Of a stretch of DNA of 64,000 nt, positions 12,920 through 25,560 are shown one piece after another. How positions within the stretch are numbered: position 1 is the stretch's first letter; each line of letters opens with the position of its first letter. The stretch lies in assembly GCF_009914755.1 (NCBI RefSeq), contig NC_060945.1. One strand, written 5' to 3'. Source of the DNA: the human T2T-CHM13v2.0 reference genome, Homo sapiens. Made by a program: the position numbers and the translations under genes. Below the pieces are notes generated by a model, which was not told where the DNA came from, did no database searches, and saw nothing but the letters and a program-made list of their open reading frames with translations.

Positions 12920-15900
12920 TCTTTTCTGTCATCTTTGTATCCATTTTGCAAATACATTTTATCTATTCTCCCTCATATTCATCTACTGAAAAAAAAACGC
13001 ATTTTTGCTTTTCAACAAATATTCAAGATCTGGAAAGAATATAGAGCTTGGAGAAAAATAGCAGACAAGAACAACATTTAATAAGACTTTTAAATGAAGC
13101 CACTGGCAAAGAGTGGAAAGAAATATTTCACTCTCTGTGCTAAAGTATTGAAAATGTTCAGATTGTTCTTATTTTTCAAGATTCAAGTAATAATACATTA
13201 GGGTAATTTTCTCTTTTTTTAGTGGAAATGAATGACTAAATGAACAATTAAAATACTTTTGCAATATTGAACTGAAAAAAAAAACCTGTTGGGGGTAAAG
13301 AAGACTAACTTGAATGTTATTTAGTTTTTAACATTCATGTTATTTAATTCTTAACATTGACTTCATCTTTTGGAGAAAAGAGTGAAAACCCTTCATTCAT
13401 CATCTGTTAGTAAAATTGTTTCTGAAAAATATATTTGTCCACTAGCAAATACTGAATTGCTTGATTTAGTGATTTAATTTGACTTAGAACCATCACGACA
13501 ATTACAAAATCACATTAAGGTTAATTAGAAAATCACATTAAGGTTACTTAACTTAAGTGCTAATTGGTTTCTATGAGTGTTATAATGGTGCTAATTACTC
13601 TCCCTTTCCTTGGGTTCTAACCAGTTGAGAATGACTCCACTGGGATACAAGTATTAGGGTTGTAAATTACCTGTGTGCATTTATTTCCTATGAAGTGTTT
13701 CTGCTAAACCGAATCAGATGTTGGATAAGCATAAGGTCAAATGAGGTTTTCCATTTTTCTCTCTGTTGTACTGAAGACAGCTGCATCCATACAGCTAACT
13801 TAGCACTCCAGGGCGGGCTGAGCAGGTAGACTCCCTGTTCCCCTTGCCAGTGGCAGTTGTGAATAACTGTAGAAAGGCTGGCAGCCTTGAAAATTCCCTG
13901 CAGAGGTGAGTGTGCTAGCAGAATTATATATCATGTAAATAATCAGAGGCCAGGTTGACATATATAATACTTGATGCTTTTATATTTTCAGAACTCAACA
14001 AACATTTCTCTGCAGGGTGTGAAACCCCTAAATATTGTGCTGCTTGATGCCTAGACCGATGGTTTGAGGACACATCTGTTGAAGTTAGGCTTTGCAAAGA
14101 AGATAGCAAAAACCTTTTTACAATGTCCTTATGAATACAATACACACTGGAAGAATTCTAATTATGAGGCAAATGGAAACTTAATGGGCTAGAATGGTTT
14201 AGGACAAGGACTTCTTGATCAGTTCCTTGTTCTTTTCTTGTAATGGACCAGGCTGATGGGCTCCATCTGTTGACAAATAGTTTTATTTTATATTTTCAAT
14301 ATTTGGCTCACTGACTACTGTATTAAGCTGCGTTCAAAGGTTTATTTAAAGCATCAGCTGGGATCTAATGCTAGGTAATCATTTGTAGGTATTACAAATT
14401 TAAAAAAGTATTTTTATTTGAGTTTATTTCCAGTGCCCTTTTTTATACTAATGCGGCTTTCCTCTCTTCTAGTTTTGGACGATAATAAGTTATTTGTTCT
14501 TGTTCTTCATATGTTTACATATTACCAAACTTCATTAGTTTTAAGCCAGGTATATTTTCATATATTGCCATGTTTGAAATTGGATTGGGTCTTACAATCA
14601 AAAGCATTGATTTTATTGATTGAAACAGCAAATATTTTTTCTTTCCTGATGATCATAAAAATCAAGAAATCAAATGTTAAACAATAGGACATTTTGCAAT
14701 TAATGACATCTTAGACCTAAAGAAATATGATATTTCATGTGAGGCAGCTCTCATTAGCCATAAATATGTTTCTTTTGCCAATCTTACTGATGATACCCTG
14801 ATTTTTACAAACTCCTTCCTAATTTAGTAATTCTTTCAATTCTAACCATGCCTTCTGGTGCCATTTCATGTGTTTGTGCATATTTTTCTATGTGTATATG
14901 CACATTGATGGACATTTAAAGATAGAAATTTTGAATAGTTTAATTGTTCCTTTAATTATACCCAGTTAACATAAAGCAAGCTTTAGTTCATGTCTCTTCC
15001 AATTTGATAGCCTATCATGAAAAATGTCAGAGGCTCCTGTTGATCTTATGTATGGAAGAGGAGACAGACAACAACCCAGGAAATATATTTATGTAGAATG
15101 TTTTTTCAAACAAAATTATGCTTTAAAATGCTGTACAAAGAGTAAAAATTTTTCTTGACGTCTCTAATTATTTCTCACACTCCAACTGTCAATTAGTTGT
15201 TCTAAACTTTAAAAGGTTGTCTTCATGTTGGCATAAGTGATATAAAACTATTGATATACATGAAGATGTTTTGTTAGAATTTTATTCTCTCTTTGAAAAT
15301 CCTCCCAGGAAATAGCAACTAAATAATAACAAACTCAAACAAAAATTATATGATTGATGTGTAAATAAAACTCATTTTTTTAAGAAAAATCATAAATATT
15401 TAGGAACCACTATAGTTTTTTCTAAAATCCAAAGAAGGAAGATTCCAGAATCTTTTTAATGATGGCCTGCTGTCAAGAAATTTGTAATATTCATTGTTAC
15501 ATTCTGGAGGTTTAGTTGAGGAAGTTGTATTTTTCATTCATTAACTCTACTAACTTTGACTTTTCTTAATTGTGTGTAATCAATGTTATAAATAAAAAGA
15601 AATAAAATTTAAAAATTAATTATAAAATGCTTAACCAAAAAGTATATTTTGTACTGTCACATTTGATATAAAGATAAATTAAGTATAGGATGAGATTAAA
15701 TAAGAGACTTAATAAAAACTATGCTACTTTTATTTAATAATGATAAAAGTTTGGAATTCAGCATATGTACAAAATGCAATTGTAAAAATAACATAGAAAT
15801 CGGATAACATAAATAATGAATGAAATAAATTATTCTTTCAAATTTGTGAATTGAAAAATTAATATCTCCTTGTATTTCCTAAAATTATGAATTTTGTTGT

Positions 15901-17099
15901 CTTGTACAAAATATATCTAAATTGTCACTCTATAGCTTATATTATAATGGATGGACAAAAATACATCTATATAATTATAGGTAAGATGGCATTAATATAC
16001 TAACAGTGATTATCCCTTTGGAAATGACATATTATCTAAGTCTTTGCCATTGGATAACTAATACAAAATCTAGAAAAATATGTATTCATCAGTGTACATG
16101 AAATACATTTGCATATACTTTTAATGAGGATATATTTAGAAGTTTTTTCTCAATGTGACTATTGTCTTCAAAGGATAGAAGTTGTTTTAACAGAATTTGA
16201 AAGATTCAAAATATGTCTAAAAAATAGTTTAGCCATGAAGTGGGGGATGGGGAATGCTGTGAATATAGGCTATTAGCATCTCAGTATGTTGCCTATTATA
16301 CTAATATGTACACCCTTCAGAAACCGAAATAAAGGAGAAAATTGCTTTCTGCAAATTGGACACTGTAAGCACACACAGAGTGTATAATTAATACAAAGGT
16401 TGAAAGGTGTATTCATTAGCCATTTTTGTACTATAATAAAAAGGATTAGTCTTGCTTATAAAGATATTAAAAGGAAACTAAGTTTAATATAATTTTTTGT
16501 AGAAAAAATGAAACTCTAGCATTTAGAATGAATGAAATCACAGTTTTGAGTTTTTATGTAGTAACTGACTTTAAAGGAATTCTTTATCAAATTATTAACA
16601 AATTATTTAGAATAATACAATAATAATATAAAAGTCTCTTTCATGACTTTTATATTACTGTATTTCAAGTCTTCTCATTCTTCATCATAAATATTTATGT
16701 ATTTTTCCTAAAGATTATTTTGTGTCTGTTAAACTGGCATTTGCCCTCATCTACCTGCTAACCTGGTATGTCTCAATGGGTGTCTTAAAAAATTTGCTCT
16801 GCTAAGAGAATAGAAAACTCATATATCATTGTGTACATCCATCTATAGATGGTGATGATATGAATACACTTTCATCCCTCTTCCAGTCATCCAAACTAAA
16901 TTCTACAATTGTTTGTGGAAGACATTGTTACTCTTTAATTGTTACCCTTCAAGGCAAACAGAGAGTATACTTCTGCTCACATTTCATTAGCTAAAGCAAA
17001 TTTCCGAGTCGGGACTCACTTTAAAGTACATGCTTTAAAAAGTCAATACTTGATTTTTTTTGTGCCTCCTAAACTTGGCTTAAATAATTGCCATAAAAT

Positions 17100-17560
17100 G
17101 TTAAAATGAATGTTATTTTCCATTTTCTCTAAATTCACTGGGGTTTGATTGAAATTGCACTGAATAAAAAAAATCCATTTGAGGAGAAATGTCAACTCTA
17201 CGATACTTAGCCTTTCAATCCAGGTACATGGCATCATTTATCTACGTATCTTATAATGTATCTCAGTAATGATCTATCTATTTTCTGTATGGTCTTGTAT
17301 ATACTTTGGTAGATTTATTACTAAGTAGTTAAATTTGTTGCTATTGAATGGTTGTTTTTTTTAAATAGCATTTTCTCAATTTCTGTTTCTTATATATAAA
17401 TATAAAGTTGTTATTGAGCTTGTATTTCAGAACCTTGATAAATTCACTTATTCTAACAAACAGTATAACTACAAATTTTAGATTTATTCCATGTTGTAAT
17501 CATAGGACCTTCAAATTTTTCTTGTAAATATTTTTTACTTGTTTTCTCGTTGCTTTGTCT
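17100..17560 (-). mobile_element. Old L1M ORF2 fragment
   Basis: ggggtttgattgaaattgcactgaat...gaggagaaatgtcaactct; track peptide MMPCTWIERLSIV resembles L1 ORF2 PCSWIGRINIV. Confidence 0.7.
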
Positions 17561-19699
17561 TGACCTGAGAAGAATGAGAAATAATGCTGTCCATTTGAAT
17601 TAGGAGTCCATCTTTAAAAAGGGATAGTACAAATAGTGAGAAGAGCTTTGGCTGGGAAATTATGCTTCAGCTATAGCACAGATCATCTGTACTACATCAC
17701 AGGGCAGCTGTACTATATTGGGGAAGTAGTTTCAGCTTCACACTTGTCATCTTTCTTTTCCTTATAAAACAAAGTTTAAAAGATTCCACAGTTTTTCTTA
17801 GTGATAATATTCTATTATTTTAATCTATAACTGGTTCTTATAGGATTTTAAATTTTACTTCTATAAAATATCTTAATGTTACCTTAGAAGAAATATATAC
17901 TGAAAATCTAACTTCAAGGGAGCTATGTATCTCCTGAAGACATGAGGAATAAAATAACCTGAAAAGGGCATGTTCAACTAAATCATCCTGAAATATTTAT
18001 TTGTATGCATGTTAAACCTACTCACATAGGTCAGGCAAAATATTTTTATATTAAGAATGTTTCAGTGGATATTATTTTTCCTATTCTTAGTGCTATGAAC
18101 CTCTCTTATAATTTTTTTTACACATATATGTATAATGATGTTTTGAATCCACGGATACAGGCTTCAGAGTCAAGTTCAGTTTCCTTGAAATAGTGAAACC
18201 TAAATGGACAGCACTTAATGAAAATGAGACTGGCTGCACCACCCCATTCCACACACCATATGTCCTGAATAGCCTCTACTCTCTGCCAAGATGTAATTCA
18301 AATCAGTGACCTAGAAATGAAAGACTACATACCCCATTACCAATCAATTCCCTGAGCCATTCAGTCTCTACTCAGTAATATTTTAATAAATCATTTTCAT
18401 TTATATTGATGAGCCGTTAATGCAAATTGTAAGTAAAAGGACAGTTGACTTTTATTAGCAAAGACACGAATATATAATATGCTACACCAAAAATTCCATG
18501 CCCTATGCTCTATGTGATACCATGTAACTCATTCACCAGAGGAAAAGATGAAATACTAGTAATTTTACAGAACTTCATGAAATCATATTTTTACATTTCA
18601 TTTAATATCTTAGATTGTTTCTAAATAATTGTAGATAAAATGTTTGAAATTTGGGTTACATTCTATGCTATGTTTCTGTTTCATTCATGTTAATTAATAA
18701 GAGGTAGTTCCAATGATGGAAAGAGCTTGACAACTCCTAGGCACTCTTTTAAATGCCAATGGATTGTACCTTGTTTGTGTAAGCCTAAAGCTGTAGTTGT
18801 GTAATTCCATATCCATGTGTGAATTCTGCCTGCCTCCTTCCCCCGAGTATAAGCTTTACTTATACTGGTAGTATCACTCACATTATTAAAACAATAGTGA
18901 CACTAATTAACAATGAGTATTTTAGAGGTTTTGAAGTTATAAGTTGCTGCCACATTAATTATCTCGTTAATTAGCCTTCAAACCCTGTAATTTGAGTGAT
19001 TTAATCATTCACTCAACATTATTTTAGCTACTTTATGGAATTGTAGTAAATGCCAGGAATATAAAAATGAAGATAAAAAGCCAAAGCCCTAATGAGTATG
19101 TCAGCAAGGGTTATTTTCCCTGGACAGTTGTGTTATTCTTACTTCCTCAGTGCTATGAAGAATCAAAAACTAATCATCTTCTTTAAATGTGCAGAAAAGA
19201 AAAGAAAAACACACCTTTCTGCTTAGTTGCAGAAACCACCTCTGCATGAGTCAAGCTCTCTGATGAATGAGGAAAGTAAAGACACTATATTAATGTTTTT
19301 CAAATTGGGTTCCATGTAATTTAGAGTATGGTGCAGTATTAATAAGAGTTTTGATCAAAACATTTTGTAGATGAAAAAAGTTTGATAACTGTTCATATTA
19401 CATTTTCTTATAAGATTTTTGCAATATGCATTAAAACTTCCGAGAAATACTGCAGTAAATAATGTAGTTTGACTTTATTATTATTAAACTTTCTCAAACA
19501 CAAAATCACTTCCTTTTTGGAAATCTTACAGTAATATAGTGCAGGTATTGTTCTTCTATAGACTAATAGAAGCATTCAGCTAGACAAATTAAAAATGGTT
19601 TCTAGTATTATTTTACCTTTGGCTTTTAGTGATGTTGTATCTGTCTCAATGTTTATTAAAAATAGACCATTAACATTCATGCAAGCTATTTAATTCCTT

Positions 19700-20230
19700 T
19701 GAATTTGTTGAAAATGCAGAATATTAGGTCTCGGCCCAGATTTATGATTTAAAATTTGCATATTAACAAGATCCCAGGTGATTTGTAATCATATTAGAGT
19801 TTGAAGCATTAATTTAGATCAGTTGTTCTCAACTGATCTAAATTAGTTAGTTAGTTCTCTAGACTAACTAAGTTAGTTCTCTAGACTAACAGCATTAACA
19901 TTACCTAGAAATGTGCTGGAAATGCCCATTGTTAGGCCCTACCCCAGACATACTGAGTCAGAAATCCTAAAAATGGGACCTAGTTATCAGTATTTATAAG
20001 GTTCTTCCAAATGATAATGATGGAAGCTAAAGTTTGAGGATCACTGTTTAACAGTGGGGTTACATTAAGTCATTTGGAGGATTTTGTTTTACTTTAATAT
20101 TAATATCTAGGTCTTGTGCTCAAATGAAGTAAATGAGAATGTGGGTATGAGGATGGAAAGGTGCTAGTCATAATGTGTTTTATAACCTTCTAAAATGATA
20201 GTCATTCACAGTCAAGATTGAGAATCACTA
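19700..20230. mobile_element. Cluster of MER5-family (hAT-Charlie) elements, including MER5A at about 19820-20046
   Basis: cagttgttctcaa...ggccctaccccagacatactgagtcagaa...aaagtttgaggatcactg; partial copies on both sides. Confidence 0.8.
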
Positions 20231-20384
20231 ATCTTCGTAATAACTCCATCTGCTGTGAAGATTGAATTATTTTATAGAGATAAGGACTCATTTAATGACC
20301 AGGGCAATGGGGACAGGACAGATGTGTAACTCATGTTAGCAGAGTAACTTACAACGCATCTAATAACGAGATGAAATTAGCCAT

Positions 20385-20840
20385 TACTATGGTTCAGGTA
20401 TGGTTCGTTGGTCCCCACCAAGTCTCATTGAAATTTAATCCTCAGTGTGGTGATGCTGGGAGGTGGAGCCTAATAAGAAGTGGGTGGGTTAGGGAAGCAG
20501 ATCTCTCATGAATGGCTTGATGCTGTTCTTGTGGTACTGAGTGAGTTCTTGCCCTTGTGGGACTGGATTCTCAGGGGAATGGATTAGCTCCACCAAGAGC
20601 GGGTTATTGTAAAGTGAGGTTCTTCCCCCTGTTTCATCCCTCTTCCCATATGCCTGCTTCCCTTTGACCTTCTCCATCAAATTTTGATGCAGAACAAGCG
20701 TCTTTCCCGGAAGCAGAGTAGTTGCTGGCGCCCTGCTTCGGCATCTTCTCTGCAGAACCCTGAGCCAAAGAAATCTATTTTCTGTATAAACTACCCAGCC
20801 TCAAGTATTCCTTAACAGCAACTCAGAATGGACTAAGACA
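20385..20840 (+). mobile_element. MST-family (MSTB-like) MaLR solo LTR
   Basis: tactatggtt...gggaggtggagcctaa...ctctcatgaatggcttg...ctacccagcctcaagtattcc...atggactaagaca. Confidence 0.85.
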
Positions 20841-20953
20841 ACTGTATTCATTTGCCAAAGCAAGAAGTTCTCTTGGAATTAGTTAAGTCTCACTATTGTT
20901 TCGGGAAGCTGGAAAGTGGGTGCTCATACCGATATGCTCAGATTACCCTTTAA

Positions 20954-21348
<395 letters not shown>

Positions 21349-22131
21349 CCCACTTTGCTTTTCTGAAGCCTCACAGCTGGTACTTACATACTTTTACCAT
21401 TGTGAAACTCAAATAGCTAGAGCTGTCTCTTAAGTGATCTAACATTCTTTATTCCTATGGCCTCTTCTGTCTCCTAGACCTCTGTTACAACAGTGGCAAC
21501 ACTGCTCAGTGTGTCATATATAAAACTCAAGACCGTTTTGGTTTCACAAAAGATAAGCATACATAACATGGGAGAAGTGCCCTCATAAAACTTTCTGCAG
21601 AGTAAGAAAATTACCAGTTTTGTGTGGAGGGTACAGCTAAAAGTGAAATTGTGTGGTATGGCAACGCAAACATCTTAGAAATATATTTAAGAAGTTCTTG
21701 TTCTTTAATAATGTTCTCTGGTGACGAATAAATATATTTAAGAAGTTTTTTTTTCTTTAATAATCTTCTTTAATAATATTCTCTGGTCACAAAGAGCATG
21801 TTGGTTGGAATCAACATGGTTTTGGCCACTTCTCTTTCCAGACACACCCAAGAGTACTGGTCCTCCCTCGTTTCCCTCCTTTATCTGCTCTTTGCTCTGA
21901 CTGTCTCGTGATATCCACCTTTGTATATCGGTGCTAAGAACAAAACACCTCTTCCTAAAAGTGAGCAGCCTAACCCACCAAGGTGGTCAGGAGATAAAAG
22001 TGATTTCACTCCAGCATGAACTTCTTTCCTTAGAAAGCCATTGTATTTATATAAGGTGCCCAGATGTGTACATTGTTTAATGTGACAATTGCATGCACAC
22101 TTGTTGTCCAGGAAGTCTGTCACTTTGTATT

Positions 22132-22136
<5 letters not shown>

Positions 22137-22161
<25 letters not shown>
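22137..22161. repeat. (TG)n microsatellite
   Basis: seen directly. Confidence 0.97.
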
Positions 22162-22162
<1 letters not shown>

Positions 22163-22656
22163 TTTAAATTTCTAACAAATTATTGTTAGTGATGGCATAA
22201 GAACATATCATTTTGGGACTGACACTATTTACTTAGTGCTGTCGGCTTCTGCCTTGGGTTTGGTAACATTTACTTAGCACTTCAAGCTTCTGGCATGATA
22301 TCGTATAATTGCATGTGAGACTCCCGTGCAGTGAATAGAGTTCTTACTTTAATTTGGTTAAATCTGAAAGACAATCACTCTTGAACAACTTTATCATTAC
22401 TGAGTAACTACACCTCGTTTTCAAGGATGGCATAGAGGTGCCTACTGATAAAAAGAATTACACTCAGAATCCAACTATCAGGGACTGCTGACTTCTTACT
22501 ATCTCAGGTGATGGTAGAAAAAATATTCCTACCATCACCTGCTGCTCCCTCTGCCAGTCATTTGATGTACCATCCATGGCTCCACAGTCCACGCTATTGA
22601 CAGCGTGATACAGAGAAGAAGGGAACGACCAGGCCAGCAGTCCAGGGATCAGAGGG

Positions 22657-22720
22657 AAAATAAAATAAAATAAAATAAAAAAATAAAATAATAAAATAAA
22701 ATAAAACAAAATAAAATATA
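22657..22720. repeat. (TAAAA)n simple repeat
   Basis: seen directly. Confidence 0.95.
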
Positions 22721-23049
22721 ACCAGAAAATTATAGATGAGATATACAGAATGAAGACAAGAAAATACAAAAACTCTCCTAGAAAACAGTCTGAGCAGCCT
22801 ACTATTGAGTACAAAAGTTGTCGGAATGTGTTTCCTGTAGTAGGATTGTCACTCTGTGGTATAGATCTATATTTCACATATTTCACTGTTCTATGGCAGT
22901 TTTTCACATGAAATTCTGTTTCTTGTCTTTCAGAACATGAAATCAACATATAGACAAAATGCAGAAGAAAATTTCAATTATGGAAAAGAGAGTAAATATT
23001 TTCAAGTTTGGCCTTTTTAAGGACACATTGTCAAATGTCAGTGCTCTGG

Positions 23050-23250
23050 AGAGAAGTTGGTTGTTTCTCATTCTTTGTTGGTTTTGAATAAATCTGCTAT
23101 AAATATTTGTGTTGAGATTTCTTGTGCGTGTACACATAAGCATTCAAATCAGCTGTACAATACTTAGGAGCATAGTTCCTAGATAGCATGCTAAGACTAT
23201 GTTTATATTTGTAAGAAAAAAAAAAGACCACCAAATTGTCTTCTAAAATG
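23050..23250 (-). mobile_element. Old L1M(C) ORF2-end fragment
   Basis: Its reverse complement resembles the L1MC segment at about 9790-9960 in this window. Confidence 0.7.
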
Positions 23251-23254
23251 TATC

Positions 23255-24465
23255 ATTGTGACAAAAGATTCTTACTCTATTAAGAATGTATAAAGTATAA
23301 TCTCATTAAAGATTAGGGAAAAGATACTGACTTAGGTAACCTGGAAATGAGTGGAGTCTGTAAAACTAAACGCAAAAGAACTGCACATAAGCACTAAACT
23401 CTAGTAGGAAATGTTGTTCCCTACATGGGTACAGGCTAAGGATTATGCAACCGCGACACATATACACTGAAATTTAACAGTTAGGTAAATGGAGGCAATC
23501 TAGAGAATTATGTTTCTCACACTTGAAGTGTGAAGTTATAAGCAAGCAAGGGAGGATGCGTTCCCAGTAATGACTTCAACTCTAATCCATCACCACGTAG
23601 ATCATTCGAGCATCCTCCCTTGCTTGCTTATAACTTCACACTTCAAGTGTGAGAAACATGATTCTCAATATAGATACTAACAGTTACATTTATAAGAATG
23701 TGTAAATGTAAGGGTTGGAATCAACACATTGTCTTGCTCTGTCAGTTGAGAGGACCTTGGAGCAATGCCACATCAGAACAGCATATCTAGTACCCGGATC
23801 TTAGTTTCTAATGTCACTCTCCAATTAAAGGGCACAGAGTTTTTGGAGAAATGACTGATTCTAGGACAGGGTAAAGGATATACAAGATGGGACTGAAAAA
23901 TATTTTAGTGCCAGAAAAAAATGGCCTTCTTGAAAAAATAAAGAAAAAAATAACAGAACAAAATGCACAATGATGAGGGAAAGACAAAGGGAAACAGGGT
24001 CAACTGAAAGAGTTCTCAATGGCCAAAGCTGGGATGATGTGACAAATGAAATAAGTCAGTGTTGGACTGTAACACAAAGTATAAAATAAATACTTAAGAG
24101 TTCATGATAATATGAATTATTGAATAAATAAATTAGGGAAAATACACAAATCTCTCTTGTAAAAACATGAAAAACAATTCATGGGAATACTCAGCCCTTA
24201 AATAAATGGAGCATAACTCCTCATTCCTTAAGTATGGGTTGCACATAGTGACCTCTTTCCAAGGATTACCATATGGAAAGGCAGGGGCAGGCCTGGGGGA
24301 AAGAGTAAGTTTATATTGAAGAAATCCGATAAGCACTATCTCTGCCAGGTGAGCAAGAATAATATCAACAGTGATAATTAACATTGATTGTATTTATACT
24401 TGCTATGATACAATGAGAGCAGCACTTCACTTCTGTGGTCTTCTTCCCAAAAATTCATAATAAAA
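23255..24465 (+). mobile_element. L1MC3-like 3' region
   Basis: ggaaatgagtggagtctgtaa, ttttggagaaatgactgattctaggacaggg, aaatggagcataactcc and cacttcacttctgtggtcttcttcccaaaa are L1MC3/4 3'-UTR motifs. Confidence 0.75.
23503..23666. repeat. 57-bp inverted repeat (1 mismatch) with a 50-bp spacer
   Basis: 23503-23559 equals the reverse complement of 23610-23666 except at one position. Confidence 0.98.
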
Positions 24466-24473
24466 AATTAACC

Positions 24474-24771
<298 letters not shown>

Positions 24772-24899
24772 TTAACTGAATTTACATTTTTAAAGAAAGT
24801 TGATAAGGAATATATAACTTGCAAAAATGTTTATTGCCATTTATATTCCACCATAAGGGCCACAATGAGACACAACAGTCATAAGATACAGATCTAGTG

Positions 24900-25560
24900 A
24901 GGAAGCGTCAGAAGCTATTTTAGAGTTTATAGTTATATTGAGCAAACTATAAGCAAACGTCATGGTGTAATTCACCTGCCACTGCTAGCTTTACAGTTGC
25001 TTAACACTGTGAAGCTGAAGTTTCTTATATAGAAAAACTGAATGTTCTAAAAATTAATTTGGCTTATTTTAAATTCCAAGGTTTCTTGTGTACACATTGA
25101 AGGTACATTACTAATATTTTTAAATACGTTGGCTCAAACAACAAAAGAAGTTTGCAAAGAATTAATATGCAGTTTTACATCAGTGCCTTTGAAGACTGCA
25201 GGTAGAATAAAAGTTAAGTTAGTGCCAAAAGTCATTTGATTTTAAGTACAATTTATGTCATCGAGTAAAATTTGTCAAAGTATTAATATATGCTTCTGAA
25301 AGAAAATACCTGATATTATTCTGAATGCTATTCTAAATATAGCTAAGAAATTAGTTGTTGGAAAATAATATTGTTTTTATTATGGTAATACTAATAAAAG
25401 TTTTGATGGAAAACAACCTGTGGTAAAAAGAATATCCTTGTTGATACATTCAAGAAGACAGTAAGAAACACACATAACTCATGGTTGCATCTAATGAAGC
25501 TGCGATAATCTACTAAATGAAATAGAGATTACGAACAACAAAAGTTTAAAAGATAATGTA
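24900..25560 (+). mobile_element. Decayed hAT (Tip100/Zaphod-like) transposase fragment
   Basis: Frameshifted remnants resembling FSCARTK and DNTNTNFGG-type motifs (tttcttgtgtacac; ggtaatactaataaaagttttgatgga); recall only. Confidence 0.45.

Noticed and set aside
16839-16852. 14-bp palindrome ccatctatagatgg (also short stems at 12139-12158 and about 63713-63734)
   Set aside because: Stems of 7-9 bp are expected by chance in 64 kb of AT-rich DNA.
19846-19890. CRISPR-like palindromic repeats
   Set aside because: There are only two copies, no spacers and no cas genes, and the context is primate genomic DNA.
22464-22949. 161-aa hydrophobic ORF
   Set aside because: The apparent transmembrane segment is the translated (TTTTA)n repeat; I recognise no homology.
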